Origin: the human T2T-CHM13v2.0 reference genome, Homo sapiens
Reading direction: 5' to 3' (one strand)
Assembly: GCF_009914755.1 (NCBI RefSeq)
Contig: NC_060943.1
DNA length: 64,000 nucleotides
In this document: one piece after another, positions 15,784 through 46,539 of the stretch
Layout of the letters: each line of letters starts with the position of its first letter
How positions within the stretch are numbered: the first letter of the stretch is position 1
The notes under the pieces: generated by a model
Databases searched by the model: none
What the model saw: the letters and a program-made list of their open reading frames with translations, nothing else
What the model was told of the DNA's origin: nothing
Translations under genes and position numbers: made by a program

Positions 15784-16088
15784 AAGCTGTATTTTTAATA
15801 TCTCTACCAGATGATTCTGATTCAGATCAAAGTTTACAGATCATACTTAAAACTGGTTTTGAATGGTTTATCTTTAGTCTTAGCACAAAATCCAAAAACC
15901 TTAACACAGAGAACAAAACTTCCTATCAGGGCACTGTCCTCCTTTGTGGCTGATCTCTAACCACTCCCTCCTTTTAGCAACCAGAACATGATATAACCTT
16001 TCTCTTATCTTCTTGCTTGCTTAGACTGCTTCATCTTCCAAGAATCGTCTGGCTTTGCTCTTTGTAACAAACATCCAACTCCTCTTTT

Positions 16089-22261
<6,173 letters not shown>

Positions 22262-22329
22262 TCTAACTCATCTTTTAAGCCTTAGGATAAATGTTTTCCT
22301 CAGAACATCTGAATGAATGAATAAAGCCA

Positions 22330-24620
<2,291 letters not shown>

Positions 24621-25581
24621 AACTCTTGAAGAACTTCCCACATTCCTCACAACGACAGTCAAAACCCTGTATGATACGACTCCGACGTAACTCTCAGACC
24701 TTTCTTCCCGCTGTTCCATTACTTACTCCACCTTTGTGTTTCCTGCTCAGTCTGACTAGAGTACTTGAACACTTACTTCACATCTCTATGCAAGCAAGCC
24801 CACTTCCAGACAGGTACCCTAAGCACCCAAGTGCTGCCATTCTCACCCCATCACTCCTATTTCCTTGTCTCTATAGCATGATTATTTGGTATTCCTTATC
24901 TATTCATTTGCTTACTTGTTTGAGGCATGTCTCACCAACTGCTGGTAAAGTCCATGACAGCAGTGACTTTCTCAGTCTTGTTCATTACCTGTACATTACA
25001 GTATTGACCAGAGCCAAGCATATGCCTTCTAGGAATGCGCACTCTATACATATTTACTGAACATGAATACATTTCTTAGTGAAAACACATGTAGAAATCT
25101 AAATGCAAAAGCAGAGTTGGAAAGTAGCTGGATCCAAAATACGTGTTAAAAGTTTACACTGGGGGCCAGAAGCATTGGCTCATGCCTGTAATTTCAGCTA
25201 CTTAGGAGGTTGAGGCAGGAAGACTACTTGAGGCCAAGAGTTCAAGATCAGCTGGGGCAACATAGCAAGATGCTGCCTCTTAAAAAATAATTTTAAAAAC
25301 TGTTTAAAGTTTACACTGGGAAAGAAAGAGGAAGCTCACTTCATTAAAAGAGGAAGAAAATAACAGAAATTAGGTGATTAGTAAATGATGAAGTTCCTTG
25401 GGGACAGCTCCTACAGTGATCTTATTTCCTTCCCAGGTCTTGGGCATTTTTGTCCAGTGGGGGACCTTGGGTTATTGAAGAAAGTTTTCCAAACCACATC
25501 TCAGGGGTGTGACTCCTCTCTGAGCACATGGGCTGTCCGGGACAATGATGGCTTCCCCCTGCCTGCTTTACTCTCACTTAC

Positions 25582-25677
25582 CTGGATACCATCTGCTTGT
25601 TTCTTTACTTACAACAATCCAGGGCTCTTTCTCTTGCTCTAGTAATGTAATCACATCTGGCTTAGAAATGGAACTTC
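25582..25677 (-). CDS. ZNF780B: ZNF780B KRAB-B exon (96 nt)
   Basis: Encodes (G)[31 protein letters not shown]; ttttaagcag| acceptor and |gtaagt donor. Confidence 0.95.
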
Positions 25678-25889
25678 CTGCTTAAAAGAAATAACACATG
25701 TAGAATTTTTTTAATATAAAAATTTTTTTTAAACCCTGAGACCTAGTTAAACTTATAATAAATTACAAGCCAAAACAATATTGAGAAGAGACTCCAGATA
25801 AGAGAGGATTGAGTAAGGGATCAACTATGTTTAAAAAAAAAAAAAGCACTTTCATTTAAACTCATAATAGAAACTTATCCCTCAAGAGG

Positions 25890-26130
25890 AGGTATAATTT
25901 AGTGGTTAACAGCAGGAAACTTCAAGCCAGATTACCTGGTTGAAATCCTGTCTCTGCCACCCACTAGTACTTTGACATTAAGTAAGTCACTTGAACTCTC
26001 TGTCCTTCAGTTTTCCCAACTCTAAAACAGAAATATAATAATGCCTGTTTTATAGGATTGATACTAATATTAAATAAGGTAATATATGTAAAATACTTCT
26101 AACTCTCACTCATACGTAGTAGCACAAAGT
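25890..26130 (+). mobile_element. MIR SINE (paralogue ~60340-60580)
   Basis: MIR core: ggttgaaatcctgtctctgccac...aagtcacttgaactctctgtccttcagtttt. Confidence 0.7.
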
Positions 26131-26814
26131 TAAAAATTATTATGTTTATTGTCATTATTTATTTTGCATCCTTAGACATTTACAGCTCATTTTAAGAATT
26201 TTCACCCAACAGAAAAGCATACACTTCATGGCCTGAAACTTTCAACTACAAAACAAGTAACGGAAGGTCTGTCGAAGGAAATGGAATATACTGACTTAGT
26301 GCTAAATAAGTTCTGTCAACCCAATCAGTATATGTAAATCATTGAGGCTCTGTTTTGTTTTGTTTTTTTGAGACAGTGTCTTGCTCTGTTGCCCAGGCTG
26401 AAGTACAGTGGCATGACCACGGCTCTCTGCAGCCTTGACCTCCCAGGTTCAAGCAATCATAGAGGCTCTTTTAATAGAAAAACTCAACACACTCTTCTCC
26501 TTACAGGTGGGCCAGAAAAACAAAAACAAACAAAGAAAATCTACAGTAATTCTGAGATCAAACATAATATGAAACCTGGTTCTTGAACAATATCATTCAA
26601 CGAATATACAAGATTTCAAATTCAGCCCCATGGTCATGAAGAGAGAGAGGGGATTACAGAGATGACCAGCATAATGGAGGAGGCCCTGGTGCAGTAGGCA
26701 AGATGCAGAGGCTCCAAGGAGGTGCCTGTTTTCAACCCAACAAATCTCAATCCATTCCTTCGGGAATAAGAAGAAGGAATCCAACTACCTCTTAAAAGAC
26801 AGCCCTGAAACTCA

Positions 26815-27024
<210 letters not shown>

Positions 27025-27148
27025 TTATGGTGAAATTGAAGAAAGTTGTTTCAAGACGAAAGGAGAGGAAGTGAAGGATTAAACTGCAATAAAGGAGCAA
27101 TATGGAAAATCGCAGAGTGCCTACACATTCTTCAAGAATCCTGCTGCT

Positions 27149-27467
27149 GGCCTGGTGTGGTGGCTCATGCCTGTTATACCAGCACTTTGGGAGACCAAGG
27201 TGGAAGGACTGCTTGAGCCCAGGAGTTGGCAAACAGCCTGGGCAACATAACGAGATGCACTCCCTGGAAAAAAAAAAAAAAGAAAGAAAGAAAGAACTGT
27301 CGTGGTGGCATGTGCCTATAGTCCCAGCTACTTGGGAAGCTGAGGTGGGAGTATTGCTTGAGCCTGGGAGTTCAATGCTGCAGCGAAGTGTGATGGCACT
27401 ACTGCACTCCAGCCTGGGCTACAGAGTGAGACCCTATCTCAAAAAAAAAAAAAAAAAAAAAAAAAAA
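27149..27467 (+). mobile_element. AluJ, shared with 61591-61896
   Basis: J-type features; same position in both duplicon copies. Confidence 0.85.
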
Positions 27468-28123
27468 GGTGGCAGCATACAATTGAGGAATGCCGTTAAT
27501 CCTCAAGCTTACTGTGGTATCAGATGATAGCAAAAGTATTTTTTCTTGTCATGACAAATGATTTTTATAAGCTGCGTAAAATTCAAAATAACTGACATAT
27601 TAGATTTAGTCATATTTTTCTATTTATACATTTAAGATGGTCAGAGTCTCTAAGGTTTTCCCAAATTCAGAGAATCTGTAATCACCTACCACTCATGCCC
27701 TGAATAATCTCTGTTACTGCCCACTGTCCTCACTGATCACTTTCCTAAAAGCCTCATAAAGCAGAACACCTTGTCACGCTTGCAGACTGAGGCCACTCAC
27801 TATGGAATTCTACCTCAGCTACCTAGAAAGCTCCAGTCTGTGGAGGAGTTTCAAGGTGTTCCCGAGTGTGGTCAAATGCGACAATCATCTGTAACTTATC
27901 AAACCCACAAGACCATGTTTCCCTGTGGGGACCAACTCCTCCACTGTTCCAACATTCTTTCTGACCAAGGACTGAGTTAAGCACAGACTGAATAACCTGC
28001 TCAAAGAAAACATCAAAGCCAGTGGGAAAACAGAGGTACGAATAGGAAGAGCACTGACTTTTATTTTTTGGTCACCAAACTTCACTGTAATGGGACAAAG
28101 TGGGGTGTAAGATTGTGGATCCT

Positions 28124-28478
<355 letters not shown>

Positions 28479-28531
28479 CTAACCTAACCTGAAAGTCACC
28501 ATATTTCAAGAAGACAGAAACACCAACTTAC

Positions 28532-28540
28532 ATGGACCAT
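28532..28540 (-). CDS. ZNF780B: ZNF780B first coding segment (ATG GTC CAT = MVH) in exon 2 (28532-28585)
   Basis: Minus strand: ttttccag|GGGAG...GAAAC ATG GTC CAT|gtaagt. Confidence 0.9.
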
Positions 28541-29420
28541 GTTTCTAGAATTACAAAATTGGTCAATCTTCCTCGGGCTTCTCCCCTGGAAAACAACAAC
28601 AACAAAAAGGCCCTAAGTCAAGCTGTGTCCGAAAGCACTAGAACGAATAAATATTTTATCCTCCATTCCTATTTCTCAACTACTCCTGCTCACACGCACA
28701 CTTCCACCCTTCTCCCGTCACTCCCTTTTTCCCTACACACACTCTCACAAATAAACTGGCAGTGAACAGGTGGAGTGTGGATGAAACCAAGCTCTCGCCT
28801 ACATCCCAGGGAACCTGCGGCGGAAGCATGAATGCCGAGCACAGGCATTTCTGCCTTGAAGTTGTGGCTTCCAGCCAGTCCTCCACTCTTGGGATACCAA
28901 TCTTGGCCTAGGACTGGGCCTCTGATCCTGCTGTAAGCAATCCTCCTCCCCTAGTCCACCTTTCAGAGCTGAGAAGGGCTTGCATCATCCAATCCAGAAC
29001 CTCTTTGTGAACTCAGGATTGGGTGCAGTGGGGCAAGGCATGAGAACTGGAAAGGATATAGACAGAATTGCATGGGCAGTGTTCAGCATTCTGAGTTCAC
29101 CAAAAGCCAGCTGGGGTAAGTACAGTTCAGAATAGCCATGTAATAGAATACAAAGTAATCATTAATTGTTCCAGACATATGATTAACAGAAAAATCAGGT
29201 TACAAAGCAGGATAAACAATACGATTACATTTGTAAAATATATGTATATAGAAATATTAAGCAAAAGACTAATAGACATCAATACAAAAATTTAGACAGG
29301 TATATGCATGCTAACAGTGCTTATCTCTGTATTGTAGCCCCAATTTTCTTCTTTTTGCTAAAGAGTATGTCATAATTGTGACTATGCCCAGGCATTTAAC
29401 TTAGAATATATAATTATATT

Positions 29421-29505
29421 CACACACACACACACACACACATATATACACACATATACACATGTGTATGTATCTATATATGTACATATTTAAATGTACA
29501 TACAC
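29421..29505. repeat. (CA)n/(TA)n microsatellite
   Basis: Seen directly. Confidence 0.9.
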
Positions 29506-30374
29506 ATTTTTTTTCTTGCGAGGAAATTGTTCTCCAAATTAGATGAAAGACATCTTTTATTTAGACATTTTCCTTTCAACGTGGGGACAAAAAAAGGAAA
29601 CTCTACTGAGCTCTTGTTTTTATGTAATAAATTTGTTTCCATTATTTCCCAATTCTTGACCAACACTAAGATGTCTATGTTTTTCTATGTATGTTAGTAC
29701 AATTTCTAAAAAAAATTGTCTACAAGTCTTCAACTAATTTCTTGTATGCATTAATGATGGTCATATTTCTACATCCGAATTCAAAAATAAAAATAAAACA
29801 GAGTTAACAGAGAGTGAGTACTTTTAATCATAAAAAACAAAAAACTGTGCCTGTCATGAGGATCAAAAAGATTAATGTGACTATAACAAATAACATCAGC
29901 TAGTTCTGACATCCTTTAGCTGTATCTCACCAATATAATTAGACATTTTCATTATCAAGACTCTTCTCTGAATGAACACAATGCAGATAAGTGGCATCTG
30001 GAAACTACATGAGAAAATCTGTGGAATGTACATCACCATGCTTGGTTCCCTTCTTCACCAAATAACTCATTAAAATATCATTTTGGATACAATTCCTACA
30101 GAATGCCTTACAAAAACCCTATCTTAGTATATGGGATTCATATACATGTAACATTTTCTTGAGTATCATTGTTCATAGCATGAATACTGCTTAATGGTAT
30201 ATCAAATATTTTTCTTTTCATAATTCTTTATAGACATCATTTTATTAGCTGCATAATACTTTATCACTTGAGTCTAGTATAATTTGCTTAGTGATTTCCA
30301 TATTACAGGACACTTGATTTATATAAGATCATTTACAGTGTCATTCCAGGTATCACAATCTTTTGATTCTAGAC

Positions 30375-30565
30375 TAAGGTTTTTCACCCTAGGCACTAAT
30401 GACATATTGTGCTGTATAATCCTTTGTTGGGGCTATAGGGAGGGTTATCCTGTGCACGGTACAATGTTCAGCAGTATCCCTGACCTCTATCCACTAGATC
30501 TAAGTAGCACCTCCCCCATGGTGTGACAACCAAAAGTTTTTAAACATCACCCCCGCTGAGAATCA
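30375..30565. mobile_element. MER20 hAT fossil
   Basis: ggcactaatgacat...cagcagtatccctgacctctatccactagat...tgtgacaaccaaaa resembles MER20. Confidence 0.7.
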
Positions 30566-30769
30566 ATGTTCTATCTAGATCAATGGATCCAAACCTCATG
30601 GGTCACATACAGTTTTGATAGTCTTATGAAATGATATACTATTTCTCCCTCTAAAACCCACATTGATAAATTTCCATAGTACTTCAATACATTATTTCAA
30701 GAGCTTTGTGGTCCCCAAGACCATACGTGGAGTTACAAGAACTCAGATTAAGAATTTCAGTCCTACATT

Positions 30770-32740
<1,971 letters not shown>

Positions 32741-33949
32741 AACTTCTGTCCTAGATCATTTGAGCAACTCACTCATTTTCTTACTATGCAAGCAGCAATC
32801 ACAATGAATCACATATTCCCAATGCTCCTGTCCTATAGAAAGTCAAGGGAAATGACCTAAAATGACCACACGAAAACAAAAGCTAAAACATTAAACATTT
32901 ATTATTATATGCCTAGCACTGCTCTAAGAGGTTTTAGAGTATTAATTCATTCTAATGTTCATTACAAGCCTGAGAAGACCAGAAACGGACAGAACAAACA
33001 TTCCAACCCAGATACTCTGGATCCACTCCCCTATTCTTAACCGCAACAGCGTACTGCCTCTCACAGTTCACACAAATAGCCCAAAATGCAACCGGAACTG
33101 CCGAATCTCACAGAGATCTGGCAAGTATTACAATTATCATCTCATGGACTCTCCCGAAAAATCCTGACTCTGGTTGATACCAATTTCTGTGCAATCACTT
33201 TCCGATTCCTGAAAGCCTCACAGACGAATGGAAATCACCCAACCATCTCCATTCTTCCCTACTTGGAAAAGGAGGCCTGTAAAGAGTCAGAAACCTGGCG
33301 TGTGATTCCACAAACTAATCTTCTTTTCAAAGCAGAGTCTAAAATAAAGCTTTAATATAAACCTCTGGAGGACTATTTTTATACCAGCTTAGAAGAAGAG
33401 AGCGTACAGGAAGGTGTGAACGATTTGCCAAATGGCTCTGTGAATATTAAATGGCAAGGTGGGGAGCGGGCGGGGTGGGGAACGGCTCGCTGGGAGGCGG
33501 CACAATGGGAGGGGGCAAGAATCAATTTGCATATTCTCCTGAAATTCACTAAAAATTTACAGGAACCTCTATATTCTAAAATCAAAAACGCATTTCTTGA
33601 ACAAATACAAAGCACAAACTCACCCTTGACTTAAGTGTGCAACAATAACGCTCTCATCCTCCTCTCGGTCCTTCTTTTGGATAATAATACGACTGGAGAA
33701 GGATACGGCAAGCGTGAGACTCCAGGCTTTTCTTGGAGCGCAGACTAAGTTTGAAAGCACCCTCCATGGCCACAACTTCCCTCACTTCGTACGAAATGAG
33801 AAGGAAATAAAAGGAGGAGGAATCGGTCTGAGTTCGAAGCTGGTTCCTGGGGACAGATCTCTGAGGGACGCTGGGTTCTCAACATGTAGCTGCCCTCCTG
33901 GGGGACCCTCAAGAGGCACTTCCAGCTCTCATATTCCCACCCCGAGTCC

Positions 33950-34700
33950 AGATCTGCGCCTTCTTGTGCAAAGCTTCATTCTCGGTTCAATATCTAACCT
34001 CCCTACTGGGGACATTTTCATTCCTCTGCTGCAGCCTCTGCAGCTTTGAAGGGGAAAGACGGAGGAAGCAGCAGGAGCCTAGTACCACCGGCACAGTGAC
34101 ACTCACACAGCCCCAGCAAAACGCACTGCGTCCACACGCCGTCCCGGTCCTGTGCACAGGGCCTCACGCACACACTCACACAGTCCCCTCCGTCACTCAA
34201 GATCGCGCAATCCCCATCCTTTGATGCCCGCGCACACGCACGCCTAAGGATCTGGCAGATTCCGTCTGCGCCCCGGGTTCCTCCTCTGAGCGCCTCGCTC
34301 TCGCCCACCCGCACTGCCGGGTCGGTCAGGTTCGAGTCCCAGTCCACGAAGACCTCCCGCAGCCACCGATTTCTTCCTAGGACGTGAAGACCTTACCCAG
34401 CTAGGTCGTCAACCCCAGGAGACAGGAAGTGGAACCGCTAATTCCGGTGCGGTGGCCTCTGGGAAATACAGTCCTGAGCAGAAAGAACCTCAGAAGTCTT
34501 GGTCTATGGTCTGTTCAGGTTGATCCCAGCATACATTGGGGGCTCCTAAGGGACCCGAGCCTAATGGATTTGTGGGAGTTCCAGACCGTGGGGTGCAGAG
34601 GTTGCGGCCACGGGCGAGAATCCCCATCTGAGAGGAGCGTTGCTGTTTTCGGTGCGTCAGGGTAAATTACCTTTTCTCTCTATGCAAAAGAATGCAAATG
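33950..34700 (-). promoter_or_regulatory. ZNF780B: CpG-rich promoter and non-coding exon 1 of ZNF780B
   Basis: The only strongly CpG-rich unique segment. Donor CTGG|gtaagg at 34397/34396; ETS core CAGGAAGT at ~34423-34430; ZNF143/Staf-like motifs at ~34455-34473 and ~34523-34541. Confidence 0.8.
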
Positions 34701-36979
34701 AGCAGAACTTTTAAAGAAGAATTTAAAGTAAAATTACGTCAAAATGTAGCTGCTTTGACCTCTTCGTCTCAGATCCGAGCATAGGCTTCCCCTTTGTGCT
34801 ATTTGAAGGGACTTAGGATAAATTTGAAAAGCCTGAACTAAAGAAATGGTTGGAGAGACTCCGTCTCAAAAAAAAAAAAAAAAAGAAAGAAAGAAAGAAA
34901 AGGAATCGTTGGTTTTATACTAGAAGAGGAAGTGTGGTTTACATGAGAGATTTCAGAATCAAATATACTTGATTCTTCAAGACAATCTTCCTGTTATCTG
35001 GAGAGAAAAACGTGATTCAGGACGGCATGGAAACAGATAAAAGTACACAGAGAATTACTTGCCTTATCTTGAAGGATGAATAATTAACACATTTTCTTAA
35101 AACAGTCTAAATAAATGCCAAAGGGGGTTTGTTTTTCGTAGGAAAAGCTTGATTTCACTGTTGTAATCTAGCAACATTGAACTTTCAAAATGATTTTTGT
35201 AGTTTCCTATGCTATATAAAGCGGAAACGTGGAATAATGAAGAGCAAAATGTCTTTTCATTCCCGACTGTGACAGAAAACAGATAGCAAGATAACAAACT
35301 TAATTGGATCAATGATCACATTAAGTGTAACTGGTCTAACACCTTAACTTAAGAAGGTTGTCAGGTTGGATTTTTTTTTTAAAAGTCAGACCCAAATACG
35401 TGCTACCTACAGGTAATACTTAAAATATAAAAGCACTAATAGGTTAAAAGTAAAAGGATGGAAAAATATATAAAATCCTAACACTAGTCAAAAGAAAGCT
35501 GGAGTGGCTATATTAAAAACAAAGTGACTTCACCAAAAAGACTATATCAGGGATAAAGAAAGTTACATCATCATAATGATGAAGGATACAGTTCATCCAG
35601 TGGAAAGAACAAACCTAAATTATGCTCTTAATACAGCTTCTAAGTATGTGAGTAAAAACCTGTTAGATCAATAAAGTAACAGACAAATCCACAATTATAA
35701 TCAGATATTTCAACATATCTCTCTTGGTAATTGATAGAACTAATGCAGAAAAGCAACAGGGTATAGATTATCTAAACAACATATCAACCTGCTTGATCTC
35801 ATTTACACTTCTGGAACACTCTTCTCAAAGACAGTAAAATTCATCTTAGGTGGACAGGAGACACTTTCCAGCGTATACCATATTCTGGGCCATAAAGCAA
35901 GTCTCCATAAATGAGTAAATGGACTCAAGTCATACAAAGAATGTTTTTGACAAAAATGGAATTAAATTAGAAATCAATAACAGCTCACTATATATTGTCC
36001 AAAGTAGTAAAAATTTGAAAATGTATGAATACTATGATAATTGAAATTATATAATGTTTGAAAATTTCCTTTATGAGTCATAATTTTCTGTTATATCCTA
36101 AAGGGTAAACAATAACATATTTGCATTAAAACAAAATAATGTTTTTGTAGTAAGGAAAAAATTTTAAGCTATCTATATTGACTATGCATTAAAGAGCAGA
36201 ATAATTATTTTTGGTATATATTCCAATGCTTTAATCAATTTCTTAGCCAGTATCACCATATTTTTAAGGATTTTTTTTGACACAGTCTATTATTTTTAAA
36301 TTTTGATAAAATTGTATGTAATCCTCAATGCTGGACTTTATGGTTAATAAACTTGAAATTATAGCTACCTTCAAATGGCGCTTCTCTGAACACCATACCT
36401 TTTAAATTGAGATATATACTCTGCATATACTAAGGTAATCAGAAGTCTTAGAATATAGCCAATGAAATGGAAAATATCCTCATGAGTATTGTGAATATGG
36501 AATATTAGATTGCAAATATTTTAGCAGTTGATGTATTTTGCCTTCACAGTACATTTCTACTTTTTTTTTTGCCACTTAGTCTAGGAAGGGTACATTTATT
36601 TAAAAATTATTCCTAAAGCCAAACAAATTGGCTCAATTTATGATACCTTTGAATGTTAAGCCAAATTTAGGTGTTACGGAAACATAAACCTTCTCAATTG
36701 CATTCCATTCTAACACAAATTGTAAATGTATCCAGTTAGAAATGGGAGCACCATCAAAAGACTACTGCCATAGCTGAAGAAAGTCCTATGCAAAATTGAA
36801 GAATTTCAAAATTAAATCCTGTATATAATACGTTAGTTCATGACTTTATTTATTCAGTTTCTTCCTTAATTTGTAGGACTAAATCCCATTGTCTTCATGT
36901 TGGCAAGTTCTGATAACTGAAATTCTGTTGAATTTCTATACTGAATAGGAGTAAGGATAGATGATATCACTGTTTTGTG

Positions 36980-42100
<5,121 letters not shown>

Positions 42101-42342
42101 ACTATTTCTACTTCTTTTTATTTGTTCCTATGAATTCTAGTTACTATCGCGTATCATTTCTTTACTCCAATACAACTCTGCTGTCATTTACTTCCTTTAT
42201 GCTGCTATTGTCAAATATATTACATTTCCATGTCATATGGCCAATAATACAATTATGTACATATTATACAATTGCTTTTTAAATCTATTAAGAGAAAAAA
42301 GTAAAAGAAATGTGCATTTATGCTGCCTTTTATAATTACCAT

Positions 42343-42635
42343 TTTGTGTGTGTGAGACACAGAGTCTCACTTTGCTGCCCAGGCTGGAGTGAAGTGGCAT
42401 GATCTCAGCTCACTGTAACCTCTGCCTCCTGGTTTCAAGCGATTCTCCTGCCTCACCTTCCGAGTAGTTGGGACTACAGGTGCACACCACCATGCCCAGA
42501 TAATTTTTGTATTTTTAGTAGAGACGGGGTTTTGCCATGTTGGCCAGGCTGGTCTTGAACTCCCAACCTCAGGCAATCTGCCCGCCTTAGCCTCTCAAAG
42601 TGCTGAGATACCAGGCATGAGCCACTATGCCTGGC
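42343..42635 (-). mobile_element. AluS, specific to copy 2
   Basis: Dimer; absent near 4055. Confidence 0.85.
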
Positions 42636-45600
42636 TATAATTACCTTTAATTATAAATATTAATTTTGTTCTTTTTAAAAATGTGATTTTAAATTTTCAT
42701 GTGTTTTACTTGCTTTCAGTATTAATAACTTTTTTTTTTTTTTTTTACAATTTCTCATATGGCAGATCTGGGAGGGCTTTGTTTCACCTTTTTTTTGAAG
42801 GCAGCATTACTAGAAATAAGATCATGGTTCACAAAGCTTTTGTCCTTTGAGTACTTTGAATGTATCATCCCACTGCCTTCATCCCCTCCATTGTTTCTGA
42901 TGAGAAGTTTGCTGTTAATCTATTGGGGTACCCTTGTGGCACATTGTTTTTCTCTTACAGCTTTCAACATTTCCTTTCACTTTTAACATTTTTACTATGA
43001 CGTGTCTGTTTGTGGATATGTTTGCATTCATTCTGTTCACAGTTTGTTGAGATGCTTGTGAGTATAGATTAATGTTTGTTCAATAAATTGTGGATGTTTT
43101 TAGCCATTATTTCTTTGAATATTTTTGTGCTTCTCTTTCTCCTCACCTTATGGTATTCTCATTACATGTACACTGGTGCACTGAAAGGCGTCCTGAATTT
43201 CTCTGAGGCTCTGTTTATATTTCTTTGTTCTATTTTCTCATCCTATTTCTTCATTTTCCTATTCTATTTTCTAATGGGAAGATGGAATTGAGGTTGCATA
43301 ATTTCTATTGATCTATTTGAAAGTTTTCTAATTCTTCTGCCAGCTCAAACTTATTTAGCCCTTCTAATGATTTTTTATATTAGTTATTATAGTCTTCAAC
43401 TCCAGAATTTACATTTGGTTCATCTTATGATTTCCTTTATTGATATTCTTTATTTGATGAGACATTATCTTTGTATTTTCCCTTACTGCTGTGAATATAT
43501 ATATAATGGCTACCTTGAAGTTTTTGTCTTTTAAATCTGATATCTGTTCCCTGTCAAAGGCCATTTCTGTTGCCTGCTTTTTTCCTGTTTATAAGTCGAA
43601 CATTTCAGTTTCTTTGTATGTCTTACAATTTCTTGTTGATAAGTGGACATATTAGGTAACATACTATAGCGATTCTGGATACTGATTCCCTGTCCCCTTC
43701 TTCAGAGTGGTTTTTGTTGTTGTTCTTCAGAGTGGTTTTGTTGTTTGTTTTGTTTTGTTATTTGTTTTCTGCTTTGACTAAGCTATTTTAGTGAAGTAGC
43801 TTGCAGTGGGAAGCATTTTGTTGTTCTTCAGAGGGTGCAGCCTTGGACATATGCAGAGTTACTCGTAGTTATTTGTTTTGTGTTTTCACTAAGCTATTTT
43901 AGTGAAATAGCTGGCAGTGGGAAGCATTTTGTTGCTCTTCAGAGGGTACAGCCTTGGACATACGCAGAATATACCCTGGTATGGTTTTAAACAGGAGTCT
44001 CTTTGACCATCTTTCCCTGATCTCTCTGTTAAGATGTTTGTCTCCTTTGGTATTATTTCTAGCCCACTAGGCTCCACTGGCTTCTGTCTGATCAGTCTAC
44101 TGTTCTCCACAAGTCCTTGGAGCATTAATTACTAAGCAGTTTGGTATAATTTAAGCCAAGCAGGGCTAGTTTTTGAGGCCAGTCTTTAAGGTTTCTTTTG
44201 ACCTTAGAAGGGCTCCTTAGCTGTGTCTTCCCCTGGAATTACCTGATTAACTAGCTGACTTACGGTTCATGTTGTTTTTAATTAAGGGAAGTTTCTGACA
44301 CTGTTTCAAATAAATTCCATTCTTCTTGAGAGAGCTTCAGAGCTCTATTCTTATACACTGTCTCTCCCTCTGGACAAAATCTCTGAACCACCATTCTGGG
44401 CAATGGGCTGGGTGGTAGCCATTTTGTTTCTCTTGTGAAACCTCTGCCTTACAAGCAAGCTGAGGCAAAGGCAATCAGGGCCCAAATCTGAGTTCACTGT
44501 GCCTGGGTAGAGCTTCCAACCTATGGGTGGGAGCGGGGGAAGCAATGGAGCCCCAAGCCTCTTGGTTGCATCACCAGGAATTTAGCCTCTTCAACTGAGA
44601 GGAGGTGGGAATAAGAATCCCTGGAAGCCTGACCCTCCTGTTGTTATAAAACTTGATTGAGAGCTGGAGCCGCATAATCTTGGCAGCATCCACCCAGTGT
44701 GAAGCTTCCATCAAACTGAGCTGTGAAGACAAGAAGAGAGTGGGCTGTGTCTTAAATACCACGAATTCTCACTGCTCTTACCAAGTTTTAGTAGACTTTG
44801 TTGTTAGATATTTCATTCACTGTATACTCTTTGCACTCTTTCAGATCTCAAATAGTAAGGTTTTAAAAATAGTTTTTGTTTTTTGTTTTTTTTTCACTTT
44901 TACTTGTCTTGCTGGTAAATGAGCCTGCAGAGTCTCCCTATCCTATCATCCAGAAGTGGAACTTCATACAGTCATCTAACAATCGTTTAGCATTTTCTGT
45001 CATCTCATTTTGGAGAATCATAGATGTGGCAGAAATACATATTCTTGAAGAAAAAAAATGTCTCCCTTACAGGTACTGTGGTTTTAATAGGGTGTGGGAT
45101 AAGTACATGACAACATGCATGGGATAGATGCTCTGCTCTCTGCAGATCTGTGCTTTTGAGCTACAGAACATAGAAGAATATATTGACTGTTCTTAGTCTT
45201 AATATATGACAATCTAGGTGTATCATTTAAGATTAAATTTGGTTGTGAGTAAAATAGTAAAACTGCATCAAATTAAAGTGGATAAAACAAGATAAGGTTA
45301 ATTTCTCTGTCATATAATATGGATGTAAGCCTGATATTGTGGCCTTGCTCCAAACCAATCATGAATTCTTCCACTGCTGGCATCAGAATGGTATGAGCTC
45401 TCAGACTTACACAGAACTGGGGAAAATCGTAAAGAATTTCTGGATATCCCTCACCCAGATTTCTCAAATATTAATATATTCAGCCAGCTGTGTTTTAAGA
45501 GAGGTTTCCAGAACTGCCAAAAATATTCACTTACATCCTACTGGCCATAAGTTATGTCACATGACAACATCTTGGAAAAATAAATGCAGTGCTTACTCTA

Positions 45601-45867
45601 GATAGTCATAGCCAACTGTTAATAAAAATTACTGATTCTATAATCCTGGACTCTAATCTGTAATAACAGACTCTGACCCGCTGGGGAATCCAAGGAGAAA
45701 GTTTCACTTTCAGCAATTACAAATAACCACAGTGCAACCCTAGAGACCACACTTGTGCAGAAGACTCATAGAAATGGAATGGTATCCTAGAAATTAGAAC
45801 ACACAGGTCTCTCATCCCCCATACTGCAAACTGGATTATCATAATACCCTATAAAAGGATGACAGAA

Positions 45868-46535
<668 letters not shown>

Positions 46536-46539
46536 TAAA

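Noticed and set aside
27790-28000. Possible cassette exons in intron 2 (paralogue ~62545-62740)
   Set aside because: Splice-like motifs exist but boundaries and frame are not convincing from sequence alone.
34320-34350. tRNA gene suggested by GGTTCGAGTCC
   Set aside because: No A-box or cloverleaf; kept only as an isolated B-box motif.
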